In this document: positions 9,223 through 18,927 of the stretch, one piece after another
Position numbering within the stretch: position 1 is the stretch's first letter
Layout: each line of letters starts with the position of its first letter
From: Candidatus Altimarinota bacterium
Lineage (GTDB): Bacteria > Patescibacteriota > Gracilibacteria > CAIRYL01
Assembly (NCBI GenBank): GCA_965250085.1
Contig: OZ252287.1
Span: 32,001 to 96,000 of the forward strand
Direction: 5' to 3'
Length of the DNA stretch: 64,000 nt
Position numbers and translations under genes: made by a program
The notes under the pieces: generated by a model
The model's database searches: none
What the model was told of the DNA's origin: nothing
The model's input: only the letters and a program-made list of their open reading frames with translations

Positions 9223-10443
9223 ATGCTTCAACGCAGGATATCAACACCGGTTCAAATTGGGAATCTTTTCCTTGGAGGCAATCACCCTGTCGTGATCCAG
9301 TCGATGACTGATACGGATACAGCAGACGCAGATATCACTTTTGAGCAAATCAAAGAACTGGCAGATGCGGGGAGTGAAATGGTACGAGTGACAGTGATGG
9401 ATGCTGACGGAGCCAAGGCTATTCCACTGATTAAAGAACGAATGACCAAAGAAGGATATGATATCCCATTGATCGGGGATTTTCATTTTGTGGGGCACAG
9501 ACTCCTGAGTGAGCATCCAGAATGTGCTGAGGCATTGGATAAGTATCGTATCAATCCAGGGAATGTGGGGGAGGGAGATCACCATGATGAAAATTTTTCT
9601 CAAATTCTCAAGATTGCACTCAAATATGATAAACCTGTTCGTATTGGTGTGAATGCTGGATCATTAGACGAAGAACTCTTTACCAGTATGACGGATGAGA
9701 ACGCACAACAAAAAAATCCGAAGTCTGATAAAGAAATATTGCGCCATGCGCTCATAGCATCAGCATTAATCTCAGAACAATTTGCACTGAATTTGGGAGT
9801 ATCAAAAAACAAAATAATTCTTTCTCTCAAAGTGTCTGATGTGCAGGATGTGGTGTGGTGTTATGAGCAGCTGGCTCAAAAGACAAGTGCCCCTCTGCAT
9901 CTGGGGCTTACAGAAGCCGGAATGGGAGATAAAGGAATTGTTGCCAGTAGCGCCGCTCTCGCAATTCTCCTCCAGCAGGGGATAGGGGACACCATTCGTG
10001 TATCTCTGACTCCAGAACCAAATGTTTCTCGAGCACGAGAAGTGGAGATTTGTAAGGTGCTTCTTCAGACGATGGGAGTTCGCTCATTTCAACCATTGGT
10101 GACTTCATGCCCCGGATGCGGACGGACCAATTCCGATTTTTTTCGCACCCTTGCGGCTGGAATAAATGCTGATATCCAAAAAAATATTCAAAATTGGAAA
10201 GCAAGATATCCGGGAGTAGAAAATCTTACCATTGCGGTGATGGGATGCGTGGTCAATGGTCCTGGTGAGTCACGCCATGTTGATATTGGAATTAGCCTTC
10301 CTGGAAAAATGGAAGACCCTCAGGCACCAGTCTATATTGACGGCAAAAAACATTCAGTCCTCAAGGGAGATAATATTGCTCAGCAGTTTCTGAATGTATT
10401 GCATGAGTATGTGAGAAGAAGGTTTGGAACAAAGGAAAGATAA
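9223..10443 (+). CDS. ispG: (E)-4-hydroxy-3-methylbut-2-enyl-diphosphate synthase (MEP pathway)
   Basis: VVIQSMT, RINPGN, RIGVNAGSL, GIGDTIRVSLT, SCPGCGRT, AVMGCVVNGPGE. Confidence 0.96.
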   Translation: MLQRRISTPVQIGNLFLGGNHPVVIQSMTDTDTADADITFEQIKELADAGSEMVRVTVMDADGAKAIPLIKERMTKEGYDIPLIGDFHFVGHRLLSEHPECAEALDKYRINPGNVGEGDHHDENFSQILKIALKYDKPVRIGVNAGSLDEELFTSMTDENAQQKNPKSDKEILRHALIASALISEQFALNLGVSKNKIILSLKVSDVQDVVWCYEQLAQKTSAPLHLGLTEAGMGDKGIVASSAALAILLQQGIGDTIRVSLTPEPNVSRAREVEICKVLLQTMGVRSFQPLVTSCPGCGRTNSDFFRTLAAGINADIQKNIQNWKARYPGVENLTIAVMGCVVNGPGESRHVDIGISLPGKMEDPQAPVYIDGKKHSVLKGDNIAQQFLNVLHEYVRRRFGTKER

Positions 10444-10499
10444 TATCTGGAAACGTATGTAAAGAAGCTCTCTTTTTCTTTCTGAAGCCACAAAAAATG

Positions 10500-10593
10500 A
10501 ACCCCCTCAATCCCCCTTTTCAAGGGGGAAGTTTTTTTTATTCCTCCCTTACCACCATGCCTGACGGCAGACAGGAGGGAGGTTAGGTGGGTT
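10500..10593. repeat. Pair of CCCCTT..AAGGGG-type palindromic elements, the second carrying a nested 21-nt palindrome
   Basis: aaccccctcaatcccccttttcaagggggaagtttt (36 bp identical to 41331-41366), then cctccctt-acca-[ccatgcctgacggcagacagg]-agggaggttaggtggg; lies between convergent genes. Confidence 0.85.
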
Positions 10594-12110
10594 TATTCTG
10601 CACTTTGCAATGCCTCCAGGCTCTCAACAGCAGGAGCATCCTCATCAATTTCTCCTTCATATTCAGGAAGATCAAATGTTTCCCATTCCGCATGTCCAGA
10701 TGGTGCAATACTGGTAGAAAATCCTTCAACAATGCCTTGCAGTGCTTCTTCAAGGGGCTGAGATTCGGTAGGAATTTCCACTTGTACAGAGTCTATTTCT
10801 TTGAATTGATATTCTGCTTGACCTTCAAATACCAGAGTGTCATTTTCGAGAATACTCAGTTCCAGATGGAGAGAATCATCTGAGTAGCTGAAATTGGGAA
10901 CCAAAATTTTAGAATCTCCTTCTGGAGTGAGAATAGTACCGGTATAACTTCTTTCTCCTGTTTTCTCAAATTCAAAATTCATAACCTGAGCGCCACTGAC
11001 GTCATGCAGGGTTCCTGATTTTTTTTGCTCTGCCCAAATTCCATTCAATACTGACGCATCTCCTACGGAGAGCGAGTATTCGACACCCTCTTTGGCAAAT
11101 GCAATTGACTCTCTCTGACTGGCTCCTTTGGGATCGAAGAGCAGTTGCATCTTCTCTGCAGTGCGGCTCATAGTGATATCACCCATCTCATTATTTCCGG
11201 CGAGAGTTCCCACAAAGTCAAAGTACTGAAAATTCTGCATGTCTACAGAAAGCACCCCTTGCGCAATAACATCTTCAGAAAATTCCTCTTCTACTCGTAC
11301 CTTGGTCTGTTCAAACTCTTCTCTTCGCACTGTTCCATCTGGATTGGTATAAAAGAACTCCGCAAGAGCGAGCACTCCATTTTTGAGAACTTCCTGGTTC
11401 AGCTCCACTTCATATTTATACATCCCATTTTCGACTGGGAGCACTTTTTTGAGTTTCCAAAGGTGAATCTTATTTATTGCATTCTGAAATCTCTTTTTTG
11501 TTTGCTGCAAAATAATATTTGGATTTTGGAAAGAATTTTGAATACGAAATCCCTCAGTCTTAGCAGAATCAGCTATGTAACCATTCAGTCCTTCAAAATC
11601 CAGGGAAAACCATTTCCCCAAGTATTCATTGGCAAAAAGTTCTACAGGAACTTGTTCTCCATTGGCATTAGCAACAAGTTTTTGGAGTGAGAGAAAAAAC
11701 TGCTGATCAACTACTTTAAAAATTATTTCCGCAAATCCACTCCCAGGCTCATTACCAGTGACCTCTGCATTCAATTGCATAGTGGATTGTCCTTGAGGAT
11801 TATTTTCATCTGTAAAATCATTGTTGCCATCCACGGTAATATTAAAGGTAAGTTGATCAAGCCCTACCACATCTTCTTGAGAAGGAGTAAGTGTTCCCGC
11901 CAAGAGAAAAGAAGTGTTGTTTTTGAGAGGGACTTCGTACTCAGGAAAGGAGGACACAATATCTTCAGTAAAAGACTTGTGCATTTTGGTCATGACTGCC
12001 TCAAAATTGGTAAATTCTTCCGCGGAAGGAGCATCGGGATCATCTTTTGAAAACCATGAGCATGCGCTCAGGAGAGAGAGTGAAAGAAGGAGAGAGAGTA
12101 TTTTTTTCAT
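10593..12110 (-). CDS. Hypothetical lipoprotein
   Basis: Probable start ATG 12110, MKKILSLLLSLSLLSAC lipobox. Confidence 0.75.
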   Translation of the reverse strand: MKKILSLLLSLSLLSACSWFSKDDPDAPSAEEFTNFEAVMTKMHKSFTEDIVSSFPEYEVPLKNNTSFLLAGTLTPSQEDVVGLDQLTFNITVDGNNDFTDENNPQGQSTMQLNAEVTGNEPGSGFAEIIFKVVDQQFFLSLQKLVANANGEQVPVELFANEYLGKWFSLDFEGLNGYIADSAKTEGFRIQNSFQNPNIILQQTKKRFQNAINKIHLWKLKKVLPVENGMYKYEVELNQEVLKNGVLALAEFFYTNPDGTVRREEFEQTKVRVEEEFSEDVIAQGVLSVDMQNFQYFDFVGTLAGNNEMGDITMSRTAEKMQLLFDPKGASQRESIAFAKEGVEYSLSVGDASVLNGIWAEQKKSGTLHDVSGAQVMNFEFEKTGERSYTGTILTPEGDSKILVPNFSYSDDSLHLELSILENDTLVFEGQAEYQFKEIDSVQVEIPTESQPLEEALQGIVEGFSTSIAPSGHAEWETFDLPEYEGEIDEDAPAVESLEALQSAE

Positions 12111-12224
12111 TTCTATTGTATAAAAAGCCTGACTCAGACGGCATTTTCTCAAAAAAACAGAAACAGAGAAAGAAGAAAATGATTGCTGAAGGGGAATGGT
12201 TTCTTCTACAATCCCTTTGTTCTC

Positions 12225-12259
12225 GCCCCGGTAGCTTCCTCCTTCGGCGGACAGGCAGC
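12225..12259 (+). pseudogene. Duplicated 5' fragment of tRNA-Arg interrupted by a 19-nt palindromic insert
   Basis: gccccggtagct + [tcctccttcggcggacagg] + cagc, versus tRNA start gccccggtagctcagc. Confidence 0.6.
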
Positions 12260-12304
12260 ACTGTCTAGGGCATTAACACATTAAAAACACTTCATTCACT
12301 TTTT

Positions 12305-12381
12305 GCCCCGGTAGCTCAGCTGGATAGAGCGGCACCCTTCTAAGGTGAAGGTCACAGGTTCGAATCCTGTCCGGGGTACCA
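12305..12381 (+). tRNA. tRNA-Arg (anticodon TCT), CCA encoded
   Basis: GCCCCGG...CCGGGGT-ACCA acceptor, D arm AGCTCAGCTGGATAGAGC, anticodon loop CTTCTAA, T loop GGTTCGAATCC. Confidence 0.97.
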
Positions 12382-12537
12382 TTTCTAAAATCCGCAAAGC
12401 GGATTGCAGAAATGGTGTTTTGATATGATTGCAGAACCGTCTTTAGGTTCGTAACGAAAAACGAATCCCGTTTTACGGGATGAGTATTTAAGTCATCGAC
12501 CTCGGAGTCCGCCTGAGGCGGACGAGAATGTAAGACC

Positions 12538-12556
12538 ATCCTGTCCGGGGTACCAT
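12538..12556 (+). repeat. 19-bp duplication of the tRNA-Arg 3' end (att-like)
   Basis: atcctgtccggggtaccat identical to 12364-12382. Confidence 0.9.
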
Positions 12557-12692
12557 CATTGACAAGATAAATAAAATATACAATAATATTACAAGATTTG
12601 ATCTTGAGTAGAATCTGTCAATAGGTTTTGGTACCTAGCCTACTTACCTATTCTCATCTACCCTAAAATTTGATATACTATGCAGAACGCTT

Positions 12693-13109
12693 ATGAATAT
12701 TCCAAAAAAATACAGGCAACGGCTTCCCGAGAGTTTCAACATTCTAATTCAAAAGAAAAGGGGTGGTGGACTATTTGGAATATGTCTTGATTTAGATATA
12801 GTTGCTGAATCTGAAGGAAATGATCCAGATGAGTTAGCTGCAGAAATTTTTATTATGTGCATGTCTCACGTACATAATGTGATTAAAAATAAGCTTTCAC
12901 CAGATTTATTGGATAGAAAGGCAGAAAAAGAATATTGGGACATTCTGGAAAACTATCTTTCAGACAAAATTCAGGAAATTAAAAAGCCAAGGAATCAACC
13001 AAGGTCAGTTAAATCAAAGTGGGATATAGAGGTGTATGTTGATAAGCCACTTTCTCGTTCTAAAAACTTAGTGAATGGCTTTGAAAAATTGGTGCTTCAA
13101 GGAGTTTGA
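12693..13109 (+). CDS. HicB-like antitoxin
   Basis: FNILIQKK.GG.LFGICLDLDIVAE.EG....E RNase H-like HicB pattern; paired with the downstream HicA-like gene. Confidence 0.6.
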   Translation: MNIPKKYRQRLPESFNILIQKKRGGGLFGICLDLDIVAESEGNDPDELAAEIFIMCMSHVHNVIKNKLSPDLLDRKAEKEYWDILENYLSDKIQEIKKPRNQPRSVKSKWDIEVYVDKPLSRSKNLVNGFEKLVLQGV

Positions 13110-13392
13110 AAACTTCCTATTAGCTTGTGGATTCGAAAAATTTCCCGATGCACTGGGAAGTAGTTTTAATCATTACAACAGCCCTGACAAAAGGTGGACT
13201 ACTCGGCTAGATTTTCATGGGAACAAAGAAGTAATTCGGAGTGCTAGAATTGTGAAAAATATAATTAATAACTCAGGAATACCGGAAGCACTTTGGACAA
13301 AAAGTAAAAAAGAACTGAGAAAAATCAAAAAGGACCAAAAGAGTTTTTGGAATGATGTTTATGAAATAAGAAAAAAGAAAGGCTTAGATTAA
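13075..13392 (+). CDS. HicA-like toxin (dsRBD fold)
   Basis: KEFENFLLACGF...GSS.NHY...DFHG...IVKNIINNSGI HicA-like pattern. Confidence 0.62.
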   Translation: MALKNWCFKEFENFLLACGFEKFPDALGSSFNHYNSPDKRWTTRLDFHGNKEVIRSARIVKNIINNSGIPEALWTKSKKELRKIKKDQKSFWNDVYEIRKKKGLD

Positions 13393-13638
13393 TTCTTTTA
13401 CATTTTTCTTTTCAAACTGGATTCGAATTCAGCTCGGTCATCGAACTGTATTCGAACAAAATCTTGTATTTTCTGGAAAAAATACTTATAAAGACATCAG
13501 TCACTATTCGATTATCCTCTTCCTTAAGCGATCCTTTAATTTGCCCATAAAAACAGTCAATAGCTGTAGCCATTCGTTTCGCATTGCGTACAGCCATGGG
13601 TACCACGTTCTGTGTTTTGACTCAAAAAAATATATTTC

Positions 13639-15090
13639 CTAGATAATAACATGACATCCAAGTGATTTCTTTCTTTGCAGTGCTGCTTTGGTGATTTCAG
13701 TCGCGACCAGAAGCAAGTTTTTCACTTCGGTTCCTTTGGGATGTAAATGGTGTAGCTTTTTAAGGGCCAATTTCATCCCGTTTTGATTTCGGACAACTCC
13801 CACAGATAATTGCATTGTACTCTGGATCTGTTGTCGAATTTCTTGATCTTTCTTCGTTTCAGAAACAAAGTTTATTTCCGCACTGTTCGCGCAAGAAGAA
13901 GTGGTCATCACTTCAGTCATGTTTTTTTTGCAGTATCTATAGATTTGATCGGCAAAAACCACGCCCTCAAGAAGTGAGTTACTGGCTAATCTATTTGCTC
14001 CATGTACTCCGGTACAAGCGGTTTCCCCAAGAGCAAAAAGATTCTGCAAGCTTGTTTTTCCGTGAAGGTCGGTGGCAACTCCACCACAGAGAAAGTGTGC
14101 TGCAAGGGAGATAGGAATGAGGTCGTGTGCCAGATTGAAGCCAAACGAAAGAAGATTTTCAAAAATCATAGGAAACTCTTTTTCCAATTTACGTTCGGCT
14201 CTCTGTCTAAAATCGAGAAATACTTTTTTCCCCTGAGAAAGATTTTCAAAAATACTTCTTGCCACGATATCTCGCGCGGCAAGTTCATCTACAAATTGGT
14301 TCTCGTCTTCATCCACAATCTTTGCCCCTGCTCCACGCAAGGCTTCGGATAAGAGAAACAGTGGGTCTCGCGGCATATCAAGTGTTGTGGGATGAAACTG
14401 CACAAACTCCATATCCTTCAGCTCAGCGCCGGCACGCGCGGCAATAGCCATCCCATCTCCAGTGATAATACTGGGATTGGTTGTTTTTTCATATGCCTGT
14501 CCGGCTCCACCAGTAGCAAGGATTGTACATTTGGCGAAACAGGAAGAATTTTTTCCATTTTGAAAAAAATATATTCCACAGACATGTCCATTTTCTGCTA
14601 TAAGATCAGTAGCAAATGCGTTTTCCACGAGTTTTATTTTTTTGTTTTTTACAACTTCATCAGACAAAATTTCCTGTACTACACGTCCCGTCTCATCAGC
14701 TACGTGAAAAACACGAGCATAGGTATGACCGCCTTCTCGGTGGAGTGAAAAATCGAACTCTACTCCCCATTTTTGCAAATCCTTTAACGCTTTTTCTCCA
14801 TTCTCAACAAGTAATTTTACAGCATTTTCATCATTATGATGTGCTCCAGCTTTCATTGTGTCGCGAAAATGATTTTCTGGAGAATCTTTCTCAGGGTTTG
14901 TCACCCCGGCGATTCCACCTTGAGCAAGTCCTGTAGATCCTGAAGTGACACCTTTTTTTGTCAGAATGACGACTTCCCCAAGTTCAGAAAGCTTCAGAGC
15001 GAGTGACAGGCCAGCAATGCCAGAGCCAATTATGAGAAAGTCCGTTTGCACATATGGATTGTGACGGAAAGAGGTTTTTTTTGCATTCAA
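13639..15090 (-). CDS. nadB: L-aspartate oxidase
   Basis: IIGSGIAGL, AQGGIA, REGGH, MEFVQFHPT, LSEALRG, HGANRLASNSLLEG. Confidence 0.92.
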   Translation of the reverse strand: MNAKKTSFRHNPYVQTDFLIIGSGIAGLSLALKLSELGEVVILTKKGVTSGSTGLAQGGIAGVTNPEKDSPENHFRDTMKAGAHHNDENAVKLLVENGEKALKDLQKWGVEFDFSLHREGGHTYARVFHVADETGRVVQEILSDEVVKNKKIKLVENAFATDLIAENGHVCGIYFFQNGKNSSCFAKCTILATGGAGQAYEKTTNPSIITGDGMAIAARAGAELKDMEFVQFHPTTLDMPRDPLFLLSEALRGAGAKIVDEDENQFVDELAARDIVARSIFENLSQGKKVFLDFRQRAERKLEKEFPMIFENLLSFGFNLAHDLIPISLAAHFLCGGVATDLHGKTSLQNLFALGETACTGVHGANRLASNSLLEGVVFADQIYRYCKKNMTEVMTTSSCANSAEINFVSETKKDQEIRQQIQSTMQLSVGVVRNQNGMKLALKKLHHLHPKGTEVKNLLLVATEITKAALQRKKSLGCHVII

Positions 15091-15145
15091 AATTTAAAAT
15101 TTATAATTCAAAATTTACAACGTATACTCTCGGAGGAGTTTCTAC

Positions 15146-16285
15146 TTGGTTTTTATGAGTGTAAGACGCAAAATTATTTGGCTTGACCCCGCAGATTTTC
15201 TTGGCGGAGCAGAAATGTTTTCACTGGACGTATTACCATATCTTGCTGAGGATTTTGAAATTACGGTGCTTACTGGAGAAAAAAACATACACCAGTTTTC
15301 GGGTCATTACGCGGTGGAAACATTTTCTTTCTCACGCCTTAAGCCCATTACACCTGTACGTATTTTTCAATTTTTCCAAGCGACAAAAAAACTGAGGAAA
15401 TATATTGAAAAAGCTGGTAAAAAATTTGATCTCGTACACACCAATTCCATTCGCGCTCACATCCTCGCATCCCAAGCGATCAAAAAAATACCACCACTGC
15501 GCAGACCAAAGCTCTCGTTCTTTGTTCATGACTTTACTTTTCCTGCATGGGCAGTTAAGCGATATGCTTCTAGTGCCAACCTCATTTGCGCTTGTTCTCA
15601 AGGGGTAAGAAATGATTTGATCCAAAAAGGCGCTTCTGAAAAAAAAATCAGTGTTATTCCAAATGGGGTCGATCTGAAAAAATTTCAAAACACCTCTCAG
15701 AAGAGTTTTGATGAGAAGCACCCCATACTTGGTATCATCGGACGACTTGATATTTGGAAAGGTCAAGATATTTTTTTGCAATCTGCAAAAATACTTCTGA
15801 ATGAATACCCTGATGCTCAGTTAAAATTTTTTGGAGAAAGCTCATCTCATGATCCCAAAACAGTGCAGTTTGAAAAGAAGCTCAGGGCATTTGTCTCTGA
15901 AAATAATCTTTCAGAAAATGTAGAATTTTGCGGCTTTGTACCCGTAGAACACGCTCTGAGTCAGATAGATATTCTCATTCATTCCAGTACAGAGGCAGAG
16001 CCTTTTGGTCGGGTGATTATAGAAGCACTCGCCATTGGAGTACCTGTTGTTGCGAGCAATTTCGGAGGACCTTCTGAAATTCTTACCGATAGGAAAAATG
16101 GACTTCTCGTAACTCCTGGAGATCCTGATGCCTTGGTACAAGCCATAAAGAGCCTTCTCACGGATGCAGCACTCAGAGCACAGTTTGGAGAAAAGGGAAA
16201 AGAGCTTGTCCGCAAAAGATACACTGTAGAAACAACATGCCACCAAATCAAAGAAGGCTGGGAATCTGTTTTGCAATGCCTGTAA
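15146..16285 (+). CDS. Glycosyltransferase family 4
   Basis: GGAE, IPNGVD, GRLDIWKG, EPFGRVIIEA. Confidence 0.9.
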   Translation: MVFMSVRRKIIWLDPADFLGGAEMFSLDVLPYLAEDFEITVLTGEKNIHQFSGHYAVETFSFSRLKPITPVRIFQFFQATKKLRKYIEKAGKKFDLVHTNSIRAHILASQAIKKIPPLRRPKLSFFVHDFTFPAWAVKRYASSANLICACSQGVRNDLIQKGASEKKISVIPNGVDLKKFQNTSQKSFDEKHPILGIIGRLDIWKGQDIFLQSAKILLNEYPDAQLKFFGESSSHDPKTVQFEKKLRAFVSENNLSENVEFCGFVPVEHALSQIDILIHSSTEAEPFGRVIIEALAIGVPVVASNFGGPSEILTDRKNGLLVTPGDPDALVQAIKSLLTDAALRAQFGEKGKELVRKRYTVETTCHQIKEGWESVLQCL

Positions 16286-16308
16286 TTGGACTATAATGCG
16301 TCCACTTT

Positions 16309-17199
16309 GTGTCACATATGAATAAGAAGATCACCCGCATCGGTATCGCCTGTCAGAAGAAGCTTGAAAATCCAAAAGTTCTTGAAAGCGTCATGCATTG
16401 CTTGATTGCGAGTAAAAAAGAAGTTTTTTTGCTGCCACATACAAAAGAAAACCTTCTCCACGAACATGATGAGCTTCCCTACGTTGAAGATCTTTCAAAA
16501 GAAGATCCTTTACACCTGATCATTGCGCTTGGCGGAGATGGTACCATTCTCAGAACGGTGCACAGACTTTCTTCTTTTGATACATATCTTTTTGGAATTA
16601 ATGCTGGACACCTCGGGTTTCTTTCCGAAGTTCAACCCGACAATTTAGAAAATACATGTCTGAGAATTTGGGATTCTGTTTATACAATAGATGAGAGAAT
16701 GCTTCTTGATATCAAAATTCAGAAAAAAGACGGAAAAACAATCTCATACCATGCTCTGAACGAAGTTGTTGTCTCTCAGTCAGCAGTGGCAAGACTCATT
16801 GAACTTCCGGTCACCATTGGCGATCAGCCTCTCACTGTGTTTCGTGCAGATGGACTCATTGTTGCCACACCAACCGGTTCTACCGCGTACAATCTTTCTG
16901 CTGGAGGTCCCATCTTGCATCCACGAATAGAGGCTATTATTTTGACACCCATTGCTCCGTTTTCACTCAGCCAAAAACCTCTTGTGATTCCTGCAGAAAA
17001 GACAATCACCTTTGAGGTGACCGATTGTAATCGTGAGAATATGGTACTTACGATTGATGGACAGGAGACAGAACCTCTCCATTGTGGAGACAAAGTCACT
17101 ATTGCCGAGCATCCAAAAAAGGTAAAGTTTCTCCGTCTCCCCGAGGAAAGCTACTTCAATACCCTCAGAGAAAAACTAAAATGGGGAGAAAGACTCTAA
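16309..17199 (+). CDS. nadK: NAD+ kinase
   Basis: GGDGT, GHLGFL, ALNE, DGLIVATPTGSTAYNLSAGGP. Confidence 0.95.
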   Translation: MSHMNKKITRIGIACQKKLENPKVLESVMHCLIASKKEVFLLPHTKENLLHEHDELPYVEDLSKEDPLHLIIALGGDGTILRTVHRLSSFDTYLFGINAGHLGFLSEVQPDNLENTCLRIWDSVYTIDERMLLDIKIQKKDGKTISYHALNEVVVSQSAVARLIELPVTIGDQPLTVFRADGLIVATPTGSTAYNLSAGGPILHPRIEAIILTPIAPFSLSQKPLVIPAEKTITFEVTDCNRENMVLTIDGQETEPLHCGDKVTIAEHPKKVKFLRLPEESYFNTLREKLKWGERL

Positions 17200-17212
17200 A
17201 TAAACTCATACT

Positions 17213-18490
17213 ATGAACCTCCACCACCAACTTGACTTGGCTCGCACCGCATCGCATGAAACAGCGCTTCTCAGCACTGAGCAAAAAAACAAGGTGTTGC
17301 AGACTCTTGCTGCAATGTTGCGGAATGAAACAGATCAAATTATAGAAGAAAACACCAAAGATATGGAGAGGGGAAAAAAAAACAATCTGGGATCAATGCT
17401 CGATAGGCTCATGCTGAGCAATAAACGAATAGATGCTATCGCCTCTGACACAGAAAATGTAGCTGCTCTCCATGATTTTGTAGGAGAGACTATTCACGAA
17501 AAAAATCATGAAAATGGTATGAGAATCAAAAAAATACGTACTTCTATAGGAGTAATCGGCATGATTTATGAAGCCCGACCAAACGTAACGGTTGATGCTG
17601 CTGTACTCGCGCTTAAAAGCGGGAATACCATTGTTCTCAAAGGTGGAGAAGATGCGGCACATTCAAATCGTGTATTGGTAAAAATAATGAGAGAAGCACT
17701 CAAATCACACGATATCACTCCTGAGGCAATACAACTTCTTGATGGTGCGACAAGGGCAGACGCCGTAGAACTGATGAAAGCGAATGGAAAAATAGATATT
17801 TTAATCCCACGAGGAAGTAATCGACTTATCGCAGCAGTAAAAGAAAATGCAACAGTACCTGTTATTGAAACAGGAGCCAGCCCTGTTCATACCATAGTGG
17901 ATGAATCAGCAGATCTTGATATGGCAGTTTCCATTTGTGTAAATGAAAAAGTGCGTCGTACCTCGGTATGCAATGCCCTTGATACTATATTAGTTCATGA
18001 AAAAATTTCTGATCACTTTTTAAAAAAACTTATTCTTGCTCTGCAAGAAAGTGCAGAGAAAAAAGGCCATCCATCAGTTGCAGTACATGCAGATCAAAAA
18101 AGTTTTGAAGCATTTTCTACAGCTGGGTATGAATCACTTCATAAGCACTCAGAGGGGGATTACGACATTGAATGGCTGAATTATGCGATGAATATACGAG
18201 TTGTAAAAAACTTTAATGAAGCCCTCCAGCACGTTCAAAAATACTCTCTTGGACACTCGGAAAGTGTTGTCACAAAAAATGATGACAATGCGCAAAGATT
18301 TTTGAACGAAATCGATGCAGCATGTGTATATCACAATGTCAGTACCTGCTTTACTGATGGAGCCGAGTTTGGACTTGGTGCAGAAATTGGTATCTCTACT
18401 CAAAAGCTTCACGCTCGAGGACCATTTGCTCTTGAAGCACTGACAACGGTTAAGTGGGTAGTTACTGGGGAAGGACAGACAAGAGAATAA
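17213..18490 (+). CDS. proA: Glutamate-5-semialdehyde dehydrogenase
   Basis: IYEARPNVT, IPRG, SVCNALDT, FTDGAEFGLGAEIGISTQKLHARGP. Confidence 0.95.
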   Translation: MNLHHQLDLARTASHETALLSTEQKNKVLQTLAAMLRNETDQIIEENTKDMERGKKNNLGSMLDRLMLSNKRIDAIASDTENVAALHDFVGETIHEKNHENGMRIKKIRTSIGVIGMIYEARPNVTVDAAVLALKSGNTIVLKGGEDAAHSNRVLVKIMREALKSHDITPEAIQLLDGATRADAVELMKANGKIDILIPRGSNRLIAAVKENATVPVIETGASPVHTIVDESADLDMAVSICVNEKVRRTSVCNALDTILVHEKISDHFLKKLILALQESAEKKGHPSVAVHADQKSFEAFSTAGYESLHKHSEGDYDIEWLNYAMNIRVVKNFNEALQHVQKYSLGHSESVVTKNDDNAQRFLNEIDAACVYHNVSTCFTDGAEFGLGAEIGISTQKLHARGPFALEALTTVKWVVTGEGQTRE

Positions 18491-18504
18491 TTGCAGAGGT
18501 CTCC

Positions 18505-18753
18505 TTAGCCAAAAAAACCTCCTTCGATAAGAACTCTCAACACTTCACTTCCAACTTCTCTTGCTGCTTCTGGATCAGGTTTTTTCATAACGTCTCCAAC
18601 TTCTCCTCGAGCACCTTCTGTTATCCCTTTAAATTCTATGGGAATACTTGTTTGGAATATCTCAGAGGGGTATTGTCGATTTTTTTCTGAACTCTCTCCT
18701 GAAAGAAAAGCAGCAGCACTCAATGTAAGAACAGGAAGAAGTCGTTTTTTCAT
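18505..18753 (-). CDS. Small hypothetical protein with N-terminal signal-like segment
   Basis: Probable start ATG 18753 (MKKRLLPVLTLSAAAFL); TTGACA on the minus strand ~50 nt upstream. Confidence 0.55.
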   Translation of the reverse strand: MKKRLLPVLTLSAAAFLSGESSEKNRQYPSEIFQTSIPIEFKGITEGARGEVGDVMKKPDPEAAREVGSEVLRVLIEGGFFG

Positions 18754-18927
18754 GAGCGCATTATAAAAACTATCATAATAGTGTATAAAAAAATTATACT
18801 TGTCAACATTTTTTATACAATAAATTCCTTCAGCAATTTTTTCTTTCTGATATAATGGAGGCAGAAGTTCTGAATTTAGGATTTGTAACCTCATTCAAAA
18901 TTTAAAATTTAACATTCAAAATTTCTT

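Noticed and set aside
13598-13605. gggtacca as a distal att copy closing the hicBA islet
   Set aside because: Only 8 bp and largely a palindromic hexamer, so it could be chance.
13412-13606. 64-aa minus-strand ORF
   Set aside because: No recognisable motif; may be a gene remnant or non-coding.
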